Of a stretch of DNA of 64,000 nt, positions 19,709 to 27,967 are shown piece by piece (positions within the stretch are counted from its first letter, which is position 1; every line of letters starts with the position of its first letter). The notes beneath the pieces were generated by a model. That model ran no database searches. It was not told the DNA's origin and saw only the letters and a program-made list of their open reading frames with translations. Both the position numbers and the translations under genes were made by a program. The stretch is from a virus. The stretch is from positions 9,645 through 73,644 of IMG/VR virus record IMGVR_UViG_3300010401_000003. The stretch is one strand, 5' to 3'.

Positions 19709-20880
19709 GTAACTATTTCGTTGCCGATGTGCTGAGCTCGGAAGCGATCGCGCGGCCAGTCGAGAACTTGCACGGGGGGCTCACTACGAACGCGAGCCAT
19801 GGCCTCGACGAGTTTTTCTAATTCATAGTCGGCGTAGGTCGACGAGTGCTCCCAGCCGTGCGCCGTGTAATCGGGATGCACCGGCACCTTTCCCGTCGAG
19901 GGAATGAGAATGTCCTCGGATCCCAAGAAGTCGCGTGGGCCGCCGGAGTCGGTGGTGATGACGCGCCGCTTGGCGAGCTTGGCCGCGTAGGCGGGCATAT
20001 CGAATCCCTCGCCACGCGAAGCGGAAACGTAAACGTCGCCCGGGGCGTGGATCAGTCGAATCAGATCGGGTCCGGACAGGGTGCGGCTCTCGATGCGGAT
20101 CGATTCCGACCAGTTTTCTTTCGTCCAGCCGTTCGTGCCGAAGCTCTCTGCCGCGACCGTTTCGGGCGTGGGCATGCTCCGGTGCACGTATTGACGCTTG
20201 ATCGTGAGCGTCGCGTCACCAGGACGAAACGCGCGCATGAAGGCTCGGATGAGATTGTCGGGCGCCTTGTGCGGACTCCAGGAACCGATCCAGTAGAATG
20301 CCTTCGCCTCCTGCGGCGGATCGAGGCGCAACAGCTCGTCCTCGTCAAAATGCGGTACGCCGAAGTGGCGGACGTTTTTCAGACCGAGCGCCTCGAGCGC
20401 CTCACGATTCGCGCTACAGGGCACCCAAACACCGACCAAGCGCGCGAGCGATGATGCGATCGCCGGATCAAAGTCTTGGCGCTCGAACATTGTATGAAAA
20501 ATGGTCTTCGGCTTGGTGGGCAGCGCTCGGATCGCGCGACCGAGCTTTTGCGCCGTTGCAAACGCGCCGGACCACACGCGGATATCGATATCCAAGGCGT
20601 TACACGGTTTGCCCAAGTGTCCGGCTTCCCTTGCCACTTCGTCAGACCGAGTCGGAATGGGCGGAAGCCGCACGTCGGCGCCAACTAGAGCGAGCGCGCG
20701 CGCCCAAGCGCGAGCTGCGATGTCCCAGCCCACCTCGAGCCGACTCCAAGGAATATCGAAGCGCACGTAGGGATCGCCCGCGCGGGGCGGGATCACGGGC
20801 TCTACGCCCGGGCGAAAGCGTTCCTCTTGGAGTTTTTTCAGGCGCTCAATCCACGTTATTTCAGGCATCGCTCGATCCAT
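19690..20880 (-). CDS. Glycosyltransferase, family 4-like
   Basis: HKAPD, YVSASRGEGFDMPA, TDSGGPRDF. Confidence 0.85.
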   Translation of the reverse strand: MDRAMPEITWIERLKKLQEERFRPGVEPVIPPRAGDPYVRFDIPWSRLEVGWDIAARAWARALALVGADVRLPPIPTRSDEVAREAGHLGKPCNALDIDIRVWSGAFATAQKLGRAIRALPTKPKTIFHTMFERQDFDPAIASSLARLVGVWVPCSANREALEALGLKNVRHFGVPHFDEDELLRLDPPQEAKAFYWIGSWSPHKAPDNLIRAFMRAFRPGDATLTIKRQYVHRSMPTPETVAAESFGTNGWTKENWSESIRIESRTLSGPDLIRLIHAPGDVYVSASRGEGFDMPAYAAKLAKRRVITTDSGGPRDFLGSEDILIPSTGKVPVHPDYTAHGWEHSSTYADYELEKLVEAMARVRSEPPVQVLDWPRDRFRAQHIGNEIVTWMKTL

Positions 20881-21971
20881 TCACTGAATTTTTTGGCCAC
20901 AGCTTCGGGCCGGTGAGCTTCGGGCAACGCGCGCTTTTTCGGCGGCCTCTCCTTGGCTTCGCGAAGCGCCCACATAAGATCCGAGAGCGGATAGTCGATC
21001 AGCGATTGGCCCTCTCCCCAAATTCCGGCGTACTCGGGGGCCGCAATGGTGCCCGTGGCGTGCACCAAGATGTCGTCTTGGTCCAAGAAGTCTTCGGGGC
21101 CGCCCGAGGCGGACGTCACGATGCGCCGGCCGGCAAGGCGGGCGCGGAAAGCGGGCAGGTCGATGCCCTCGCCGCGGCTCGCGGAAGCGTAAATGTCGGT
21201 GCGCGCTTCGAGCGCGAGCATCTCATCCGCAGACAGCGTGCCATCGATGATCTCGATCGCTTGGTGCCAGTTGTCGACACGCCAGCCGTTGTCTCGCGTC
21301 TCTCCGCACTCAAGCTCGGAAGCAATTACGAGCTCGGGGCCGGCGTAGACCGATCGCGTCCATTGGACGGCTCCGATCTTCAGGATGAGCTCCGCCTCGC
21401 CGAACTTGAAGGCACGCATGAATGCGCGAAGCAGTCGATCGGGGGCTTTGCGCGGCTCCCACCGGCCGTGCCATGCGAACACGCGAGGGCGGTCGCTTGG
21501 CGGCGGCAGCGACAAATGAGGATCGTCGTCAAAGAACGGCAGCGGGATCACGCCGACGTCGTCGAGACCCGCGGCCGAGAGACGCTCGCCGTTCTTTTCG
21601 CAGGGGACGAATACGCCTTCGAGCTCGGCGAGCTCGGCGACCACTTCCTTCTGCACCGCGATGCGCTCGAACATCGTGTAAAACATGCGCGGCCGGCGAG
21701 AGGCGCGGAGCGCCTCGAAAACATGACCCATGTTGTGAATACCGCCGAGCGGGCACGAAAAAATGTAGGCGTCCCACGAGCTCACCGGGATTGTGAGCGG
21801 CAAGTACTTTTTGATTTCTTCGTTCGGGGCCGATTCGGTGAAAACCTGCACCGGCGATTTCAAGCGGACATCCCAGCCGGCGAGAAGCATCGCGCGCGTG
21901 TAGGCCCGGGCAGCGATCGCCCAGCCGTCGGCGGGATTGGCCCACAGGGTCTCGAAGACGAGCGTTTTCAC
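20856..21971 (-). CDS. Glycosyltransferase, family 4-like
   Basis: RKAPD, YASASRGEGIDLPA, SGGPEDF; paralog of the adjacent GTs. Confidence 0.85.
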   Translation of the reverse strand: MKTLVFETLWANPADGWAIAARAYTRAMLLAGWDVRLKSPVQVFTESAPNEEIKKYLPLTIPVSSWDAYIFSCPLGGIHNMGHVFEALRASRRPRMFYTMFERIAVQKEVVAELAELEGVFVPCEKNGERLSAAGLDDVGVIPLPFFDDDPHLSLPPPSDRPRVFAWHGRWEPRKAPDRLLRAFMRAFKFGEAELILKIGAVQWTRSVYAGPELVIASELECGETRDNGWRVDNWHQAIEIIDGTLSADEMLALEARTDIYASASRGEGIDLPAFRARLAGRRIVTSASGGPEDFLDQDDILVHATGTIAAPEYAGIWGEGQSLIDYPLSDLMWALREAKERPPKKRALPEAHRPEAVAKKFSEWIERCLK

Positions 21972-22288
21972 TTGCCGAGGCTTCGCCGCGCGAAGCCCGC
22001 GAGGAGGGAGAGGGCCGCCTGGCTCGCAACTGTGCGCGCTTCCTTCGGATGTTCCTTGATGAATTTCCGGGTCTCGGCCGCGAGCTCGGCGGCTTTGCTC
22101 ATGCCGTTTAGGACCTTTTCGGGGTTTTCCTCAGCTTGGGCGAGTAGAGCCAAAAGCGCCTTCTTGGCCTGAATCTCGAGCTCGGAGGGCTTTCGCGGAG
22201 CAAAGCCGAGCTCGATGCGGATCGGCCGCGTGGTCTTTTTCTTCAGTCGCCTCGGGCGGCGACCATTTTTTCGATTTGTTCGTTTCAT
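21968..22288 (-). CDS. Basic hypothetical protein
   Basis: Start MKRTNRK at 22288; Lys/Arg-rich N-terminus; coupled to the GT gene. Confidence 0.5.
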   Translation of the reverse strand: MKRTNRKNGRRPRRLKKKTTRPIRIELGFAPRKPSELEIQAKKALLALLAQAEENPEKVLNGMSKAAELAAETRKFIKEHPKEARTVASQAALSLLAGFARRSLGK

Positions 22289-22369
22289 ACGCGCTCGTAG
22301 CCTACAACGGCTGTGCACTTTTTCGCTACTGGTGGCGCAGACCCCGGGGACCGCGCTACGGTCCCGGCC

Positions 22370-22966
22370 ATGGACCGCGACCCCACCGCTATCGTTTTTT
22401 CCCTTGGAATCCTGATCTTGGCTGCCGTTGCTATCGCGTTCGTCGGCATGTTTCTGCACCGTCGCCGCGAAACGGAAAGTCCGGCGCTTCGGCGCGAGCG
22501 CGAGATTTCGCGAAAGCGGAGCCTCGATGCCGGAACCCATGTGGCGCTTTCAGATGGCTCGATCGTTCCATCCTGCGAAGTGAACGGGTGCAAATCGGCC
22601 GCGAAGTGCCGCCCGCTGAAGTTCGCGCGCGAAGAGGGGCTCGGGGACTTCGTGCGGCGGCTCTTTGGAGCTCCGCCGCGGCTTCGGGTGATCGAAGACG
22701 TTTGGGGCGAGCCGGTCCGCTGCGAGAGCCATCAGTTTTTGGCTCGTGAGGAAATGCGCCTCAAGCTCGCCGACGTCGAACGGCGTCGGCAAGAACATCA
22801 GCGCGACGCCGAAGTCGAGCTCGGCCAATTCGAGCGCACGCTGAAAGACCGCGTCAGCCTGGTCGTCAGCAAACACGAACGACAGCTCGGCGGACGCAAG
22901 CGCAAGAGCGACGCTGGGAACGTGCTCCCTTTTTCGTCGTCGCGGCCGACCGGCACTCAGGGGTAA
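22370..22966 (+). CDS. Single-TM protein with Cys/His motif and coiled coil
   Basis: N-terminal TM, CEVNGC..CESH, charged helical C-terminus. Confidence 0.55.
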   Translation: MDRDPTAIVFSLGILILAAVAIAFVGMFLHRRRETESPALRREREISRKRSLDAGTHVALSDGSIVPSCEVNGCKSAAKCRPLKFAREEGLGDFVRRLFGAPPRLRVIEDVWGEPVRCESHQFLAREEMRLKLADVERRRQEHQRDAEVELGQFERTLKDRVSLVVSKHERQLGGRKRKSDAGNVLPFSSSRPTGTQG

Positions 22967-23401
22967 ATGAAAACTGCGGCGGCGATGTTTCTCGCGCTTC
23001 ACCCGTGGTGGGCGACGATCAAACATGAGGCCCGCCGCGAGCACGTCGATCCCTACGCGCTCGCTGGGATCGTTTGGCACGAGAGCCGCGGCAACCCGAA
23101 TGGGTTCTTTCAGGAGCGCGGGGGGCACTGCTCGATCGGGCTCGGGGGCGTTTTCGTAAAGAACTGCGATCCCGCGCGCGTCGCGGCGCTTCGCAATGGC
23201 CCTTACAACCTCCGCGTTTCGGCCAAGATCCTTTCGGGCTCGATCCGCTACTGCAAGGCGCATCGGCTCGAGCGGCGCTGCGCCGCGGGCGAACGCGTTT
23301 TCCCGGGCGGCGGCGGCGCCAACCTCTACGCGGGCAACACCACGCGATTCGCGGCGGAATTGGCCAAGATCCGACGCGACGTCCGGCGCGCCTTTCGCTA
23401 G
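22967..23401 (+). CDS. Lytic transglycosylase (SLT-like)
   Basis: ALAGIVWHESRGNP catalytic Glu motif, IGLGGV (GLMQ-equivalent), YNL. Confidence 0.65.
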   Translation: MKTAAAMFLALHPWWATIKHEARREHVDPYALAGIVWHESRGNPNGFFQERGGHCSIGLGGVFVKNCDPARVAALRNGPYNLRVSAKILSGSIRYCKAHRLERRCAAGERVFPGGGGANLYAGNTTRFAAELAKIRRDVRRAFR

Positions 23402-23712
23402 AGGTTGGGGTTTCTTACGCGCCAGCGCTGGGCGCCGGACGTGGACCGCGCTTTCGGGGTTTGCGATGGCGGTCGAGATCCGGTCGGCCGGTCGCGTCGT
23501 GAAAGCTTGAGCACGCGCACGAGATCGGCGTGGCGTCTGCGCCGTCGCTCGAGGAGGTCGAGGTACGCCTCGAGCTCGCGGCGGAGTTTCTCGCGGCGGA
23601 TCTCTTCGGGATTCGCACCGCGCCAAATGACGCGAGACGTCGCATCGCCGGTGCTTATGATTGTGATTGTCGAATTCGCGGCAACCACAAACTCTGTCTG
23701 ATCCGCGTACAC
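23398..23712 (-). CDS. Hypothetical protein
   Basis: Directly follows the fibre gene; charged helix. Confidence 0.4.
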   Translation of the reverse strand: MYADQTEFVVAANSTITIISTGDATSRVIWRGANPEEIRREKLRRELEAYLDLLERRRRRHADLVRVLKLSRRDRPTGSRPPSQTPKARSTSGAQRWRVRNPNL

Positions 23713-24333
23713 TTACCGAAGCTGCTTCACGACCGCGCCGAAAAAGTCGGCCGGGATCGACGCGGTGCCGGTGGCGTTGGTGACGCGGAGTTTCACTTGC
23801 GCGTCCGTCGTGCTCGAGGGGATGAACACCGCGCGGGTGCGACCGCCGTTGCTCGAGGCGTTGGTTTGGGTCGACGGCTTGTAGATGCCGGTGATGTTTC
23901 CGAAGAGCGGCACGTTGGTGTTCGCGTCGACCCAATCGATCGCGAAGAAGCCGGCGGCTGCGTCGCTGAAAGTTCCGACCGCACCCCCCGCGTCGAGCTC
24001 GTAGACTTTTCCGGGGATGAGCGTGTAAACGCCGGTGTTGAAGTTGTAGGTCGCGGATCCGCGAACGAAGATCGTGTTGTTGAGGATGACGTCCGAGCCG
24101 GTCGTCAGGAGCGTCTGATCGAGACCGGCGCGCTTGGTCTCGAGGATGTCGAGATCGAGGCTCGCGCCTCCGCCGCTTCCGCCGCCGCCTCCGACGGGCG
24201 TGACGCCGAGCGCGATCAAGAGCAGGTCCACCTGATCGATCACCTCGCTGACTTTTTGCGCCCAGTTTCCGACCGGACTCGTCAGTTGGAGCTGCGAAGA
24301 GGCTGCTTTCAGTGCGTCGCGGATGCGTCCCAT
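23713..24333 (-). CDS. Spike/fibre-head protein with QLQLTSP adaptor and C1q/BclA-like domain
   Basis: IRDALKAASSQLQLTSPVGNW; YNFNTGVYTL..IDWVDANTN..VKLRVTNATGTA; paralog of 1789-2367. Confidence 0.6.
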   Translation of the reverse strand: MGRIRDALKAASSQLQLTSPVGNWAQKVSEVIDQVDLLLIALGVTPVGGGGGSGGGASLDLDILETKRAGLDQTLLTTGSDVILNNTIFVRGSATYNFNTGVYTLIPGKVYELDAGGAVGTFSDAAAGFFAIDWVDANTNVPLFGNITGIYKPSTQTNASSNGGRTRAVFIPSSTTDAQVKLRVTNATGTASIPADFFGAVVKQLR

Positions 24334-24345
24334 GGTCGTTTTCTC

Positions 24346-24567
24346 CTACCAGTTTTTTTCTTCGGCCGCTGGAACCCATGATCCACCGGTGCCCCACGTG
24401 TTCGGGGACCAGCGCCACCAGCGCTCATACAAGTACGGCGGCGCGATCGAGCAGAAGGTCGGACCTTCGAAGGTGCAATTCGGAGCGAACGTGCGGACGT
24501 AGCCCTCGACGACGTGCACCCATTTGCCGTCAATCCACTGCTCTACGAGGCGGTAAAATAGGCTCAT
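24346..24567 (-). CDS. Small Trp-rich protein
   Basis: Fills the operon gap; 8 Trp and 2 Cys in 73 aa. Confidence 0.5.
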   Translation of the reverse strand: MSLFYRLVEQWIDGKWVHVVEGYVRTFAPNCTFEGPTFCSIAPPYLYERWWRWSPNTWGTGGSWVPAAEEKNW

Positions 24568-24571
24568 GTGC

Positions 24572-25387
24572 TCACCGGGTGAGGAAGATCGCCGCGGCGG
24601 CGACGGCTAGAACGGCCAGGACGATGGGGCCCGCGCTCGAAGAGCCCTGACTCGAGCTCGGCGCGGGAGTCGGCGCCGGCGGCACCGGGAGGGTTTGCGC
24701 CGGGGGCGGCAAGGGCGCCGGGGTCACCGGGATCGGCGGCAGCGGCAGCGGCCATGGAAGCTCGGCTGGGTAGCCCGGTGGCCGCGCTGGAGGCCACGGA
24801 GAGCACGGCCAAGTGCCCGGGGGCAAAAGCGAGCATGCGGGGGGCGGAGTCGCGGGAAAAGCGCCGGTGGGGGGCCAGTCGAGGCCGGTCGCTTCCTTCC
24901 AGCCAGGCGGCTCCGGAACGCCCGTCCAATTTTGCGGCGGCGTGGTTTGCCCCAGATGCCCGCTTTTGAGCGTCGTGACGGCGGCCCAGGACGCGCAGTC
25001 TTTCTGCCAAAATCCCGCATCAGTGACGAAGGAAAACGCCTTTTTCCAGTATCCCTCGCCCGCGTACCACGCCTCGATCGTGGTCGACGTGCCGGCGGGC
25101 AAGTGCGCTTTGACCCACTCGCACGCGGCGACGCGCGGATCTTCGGTCGGTTCGAGCTCGAGGTTTCCCGAGCTCGAGAAGCCGTTGACGACGAAGTGCC
25201 AAACCGGCCGCCTCGGCATAAGGGCCGAGGTGCGCGTCACAAACACTTGAGCGGGATTCGGGAGGGAGGAGCGGACGAGCCTCGGGGTAGTCGTTTGCAC
25301 CTGCACGCGCGAGGCGCTCGGCGCGACGACCACGGCGGAACGCACCACTTGTGCGCTCAGCGCGCCGGACCATTTCAGGAGGGCCAT
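24572..25387 (-). CDS. Tail-anchored membrane protein (W-leader family)
   Basis: MALLKWSG leader, internal GHLGQ, Pro/Trp-rich region, C-terminal TM. Confidence 0.7.
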   Translation of the reverse strand: MALLKWSGALSAQVVRSAVVVAPSASRVQVQTTTPRLVRSSLPNPAQVFVTRTSALMPRRPVWHFVVNGFSSSGNLELEPTEDPRVAACEWVKAHLPAGTSTTIEAWYAGEGYWKKAFSFVTDAGFWQKDCASWAAVTTLKSGHLGQTTPPQNWTGVPEPPGWKEATGLDWPPTGAFPATPPPACSLLPPGTWPCSPWPPARPPGYPAELPWPLPLPPIPVTPAPLPPPAQTLPVPPAPTPAPSSSQGSSSAGPIVLAVLAVAAAAIFLTR

Positions 25388-25911
25388 TAACTTTTATCCT
25401 TGGCAGTCGCGAAGGTTTGCACGAAGAGCTCGACGGCGGCGCTCGCCGCAAGCGAGTACTTCATGAGGGTTTTCGGATCGTGGACGCCGACGGCAGCGAG
25501 ACCGATGCCGACTTCGATCGCACGGGAGACGAACGACACGAAAAGCCGGAGCCATGCGCCGGACTTCCCCGCTCGGATTTCGTCGGCAATCTCGCCGGAC
25601 GGAAGCGGCTTTTGGCCGCGGTTGATGTAGGCGAAGGTCAGAACCGACGCTTCGATCGCGCCTCCGGCCGCGAGCGAGTATTTCACGAGGTCCGTGCCGC
25701 GCGCGCCGGCCGCTGCGAGTCCGGCTCCGATGATGAAGGACCGGCCGAAGTAGTGGAGCATCACGGCCCAAAAGGCGCCTGGCTCTTTCTCGACGAAGGC
25801 GTTGGCGCTTTCTTCCGACGGCAGCGTCACGCCCAAAAAGGCGCGATCGATCGCGCGATCGGCGACCGCGATCGCCGTCGTGTCGATTGGGGTGTTCCAC
25901 CGGAGCGCCAT
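25387..25911 (-). CDS. Internally duplicated multi-TM protein (W-leader family)
   Basis: MALRWNTP..AFLGV; halves repeat GAGLAAAG..KYSLAAGGAIE / GIGLAAVG..KYSLAASAAVE. Confidence 0.65.
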   Translation of the reverse strand: MALRWNTPIDTTAIAVADRAIDRAFLGVTLPSEESANAFVEKEPGAFWAVMLHYFGRSFIIGAGLAAAGARGTDLVKYSLAAGGAIEASVLTFAYINRGQKPLPSGEIADEIRAGKSGAWLRLFVSFVSRAIEVGIGLAAVGVHDPKTLMKYSLAASAAVELFVQTFATAKDKS

Positions 25912-25920
25912 GGCCTCATT

Positions 25921-26328
25921 CTACCTTGAATCCGGGTCCTTTCCGGTGGGTGTGCGGGATCGGTAGCCGGTTTCGGTGCGCTGGAGACGCACGGCGGGTT
26001 GCTCGCGGTCGCTCGAGGGGCGAAATCCTCCGAGGCGCTTGATTCCGTCGATGATCGATCGGTGTTCTTCGGCGGCGCTCTCGCCGGTCTGCTCGATGGA
26101 AGCCGTCAGCCCCTGGACGGCATTGGTCAGGGCTTGCAGCGCCTTGGTGTTGTCGCCGATCTGATCGGAGAGCTCCTTCATGCGCTCGAGCGTGCCTTCG
26201 ATCAGACGCTCCTGGTTTTTGGCGGAGGACTGCACGTAGATGATCGCGATCTTTCCCGCGAACCAAATCACGACGAGCAGGACGCCGAGCGCGCCGAATT
26301 GCAGGAGCGTGGGATCGATCACGTTCAT
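25921..26328 (-). CDS. Putative holin (single TM + coiled coil, BhlA-like layout)
   Basis: MNVIDPTLLQFGALGVLLVVIWF; ATGA-coupled directly after the endolysin. Confidence 0.5.
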   Translation of the reverse strand: MNVIDPTLLQFGALGVLLVVIWFAGKIAIIYVQSSAKNQERLIEGTLERMKELSDQIGDNTKALQALTNAVQGLTASIEQTGESAAEEHRSIIDGIKRLGGFRPSSDREQPAVRLQRTETGYRSRTPTGKDPDSR

Positions 26329-27098
26329 GCGGCCAGCTTTTGCTTCGCGAGCTCGGCCTCTTGGATCGCGTGCCACGTGTCCATGCCGACGACGCCGTCG
26401 GGCTGTAGACCGTGATAGGCGATCTGGAACGCCTTGACCTTGGCGGCAGTCTTACTCCCGTACCAGCCGTCATCGTCGATGCCCACGACGCGCTGGACGC
26501 GCTTGACGTCTTCGCCCCGGCTCGGGATCGGCACGAGCCAGGACCACTTCAGCACGCGCGCGAGCGGATCGAAGCCGTCGGGCATCTTTTCGCTGAGTGC
26601 GACCGCGGCGCGATTGACCGCCGAGCGGAGAGCCGCGTAGTGATGCGCGACGCGCTGCGCCTTGGTGGCGCCGAAACCCCGATAGTAGTTGGTGTCGTAA
26701 AGGGCTTCGCTCACCGCATACAGATCGCCGGTTTTGGCAGCCTCGAGCACCGAGGGGCGCTTCACGTACATCACGCGCACGAGGTCGGCCCAGCCGACCT
26801 CGGGGGTTGCGTAGCGCCGGAAGCACACCTGATAGGGCACGTTCGTGCCGGTGTTGGTCGGGTTGGTGTCCGTGTAGAGAAAGCTCGTTGCCGGATTGCA
26901 AGGTGGATTGCCAGCCTGGATCGCGCCGATGTTGTTCGAGCCCGCGCCGTCGCCGTGCCAGCCGGCGCCGTAATCGGTCTCGAGCCAGCCGACACCTTGG
27001 CAGGCTTGCAAAACCGCGCGCAGCGGCTCAGCCTGGACGCCGAAGTTTTTTTCGTAGCCGCGCGTGGTGTAGAGGCGCGCGTCTTTGTGCGTCGTCAT
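26325..27098 (-). CDS. Endolysin: GH73/FlgJ-like glycosidase + peptidoglycan-binding domain
   Basis: LETDYG..NNIGAI..FRRY..YY; C-terminal GEDVKRVQ..DGWYGSKT..FQ..DGVVGMDTW. Confidence 0.8.
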   Translation of the reverse strand: MTTHKDARLYTTRGYEKNFGVQAEPLRAVLQACQGVGWLETDYGAGWHGDGAGSNNIGAIQAGNPPCNPATSFLYTDTNPTNTGTNVPYQVCFRRYATPEVGWADLVRVMYVKRPSVLEAAKTGDLYAVSEALYDTNYYRGFGATKAQRVAHHYAALRSAVNRAAVALSEKMPDGFDPLARVLKWSWLVPIPSRGEDVKRVQRVVGIDDDGWYGSKTAAKVKAFQIAYHGLQPDGVVGMDTWHAIQEAELAKQKLAA

Positions 27099-27238
27099 CG
27101 AGCCCTCCTTGCCATTTGCCAAAACAGCGCGATGAAGCCCACGACCAAAACGGCACCGATGAAGGTCAAGCGCTCAGAGCGCGGCAGCCGATCGAATGGC
27201 AAGCCCAGCGTCATCGGTTTTTCCCAGCGGAGTATCAT
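27095..27238 (-). CDS. 47-aa tail-anchored microprotein (W-leader family; absent from ORF track)
   Basis: Hand translation MILRWEKPMTLGLPFDRLPRSERLTFIGAVLVVGFIALFWQMARRAR; ATGA overlaps at both ends. Confidence 0.75.
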   Translation of the reverse strand: MILRWEKPMTLGLPFDRLPRSERLTFIGAVLVVGFIALFWQMARRAR

Positions 27239-27486
27239 CCTCCGATTGGCTTCATTTGCAGCCACTCACCCGCGGCTTTCTTGTTCGCTATCTCGAAAGA
27301 AGCCGCCTCGAAGGCGCGCACCCAAACGGCCGGATCAGTGACCTTGCCGCTGGTCAGCGCGAAGTCGAGCGCGCTCTGAAGGATCGGCATGATCGTGTCG
27401 GCGACGAGCGGCTCCTGCTCGGCGAGGATCAACAAGCGATTGACCAGGCCGAGGTAGTTTTCCGGAATGGGGACGGGGACGTTCAT
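27235..27486 (-). CDS. Hypothetical protein
   Basis: MNVPVP start at 27486; coupled on both sides. Confidence 0.55.
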   Translation of the reverse strand: MNVPVPIPENYLGLVNRLLILAEQEPLVADTIMPILQSALDFALTSGKVTDPAVWVRAFEAASFEIANKKAAGEWLQMKPIGG

Positions 27487-27710
27487 TTTTGGCACCTCAC
27501 CCACTGCTTGAGCCGGTCGTGAAACTCGGCGTCGATTTCCTTCTTGGCTTCGCAGCGGTCGTCTTGCCCGTGGCACTTTTCGGCGAGGCTTGCGTGATAC
27601 CAGGCGCCGACCGCGGCCATGTCTTCCACCGAGCACGCTTCATTGTGGACCGAAGCGCACGCCGAAGCGGCCATCGCTAGGAGCCCGATGAGGGCATGCG
27701 CACGCGATCG
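27483..27710 (-). CDS. Possible small lipoprotein (start unclear)
   Basis: ALIGLLAMAASAC lipobox-like segment and Cys pairs; no clean upstream start codon. Confidence 0.4.
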   Translation of the reverse strand, partial: RSRAHALIGLLAMAASACASVHNEACSVEDMAAVGAWYHASLAEKCHGQDDRCEAKKEIDAEFHDRLKQWVRCQK

Positions 27711-27967
27711 GTTAGAATTTTTATCTTTACCTGGACAGCTACGAAGCCGACACGGAGACCGACGTGCGGATCGCCGATCATATAGGTCACTTGGACGTAG
27801 CAGGTCGGACCCGTGTACTCGCCCGCGTCCGCTGACCATTCCCGCAGCTTCAGGATGTCGCCGAGGAGAATCGGAGGTTGCGCTTCGCAGATCAGAAAGT
27901 GGAGACGCTTCTCGGCGATCGCCCGGTAGGTGGGGATGTGGAGTTTGATTTCGCGAAAACCGCTCAT
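27677..27967 (-). CDS. ASCH/DUF3850-like domain protein
   Basis: EIKLHIPTYRAI..GDILKLREW..YTG..VTYM pattern. Confidence 0.6.
   Translation of the reverse strand: MSGFREIKLHIPTYRAIAEKRLHFLICEAQPPILLGDILKLREWSADAGEYTGPTCYVQVTYMIGDPHVGLRVGFVAVQVKIKILTDRVRMPSSGS

Noticed and set aside
20298-24418. Very long alternative ORFs (20298-22172 +, 22550-24418 -, also 28587-30290 +, 34600-36000 +, 42422-43921 +)
   Set aside because: Arg/Ala/Pro-rich shadow frames antisense to or overlapping well-supported genes, expected in high-GC DNA.
2365-24574. Identical gene junction TGAGCACATG at 2365-2374 and 24565-24574
   Set aside because: Only 10 bp and largely stop plus start codon; may reflect old duplication but is too weak alone.
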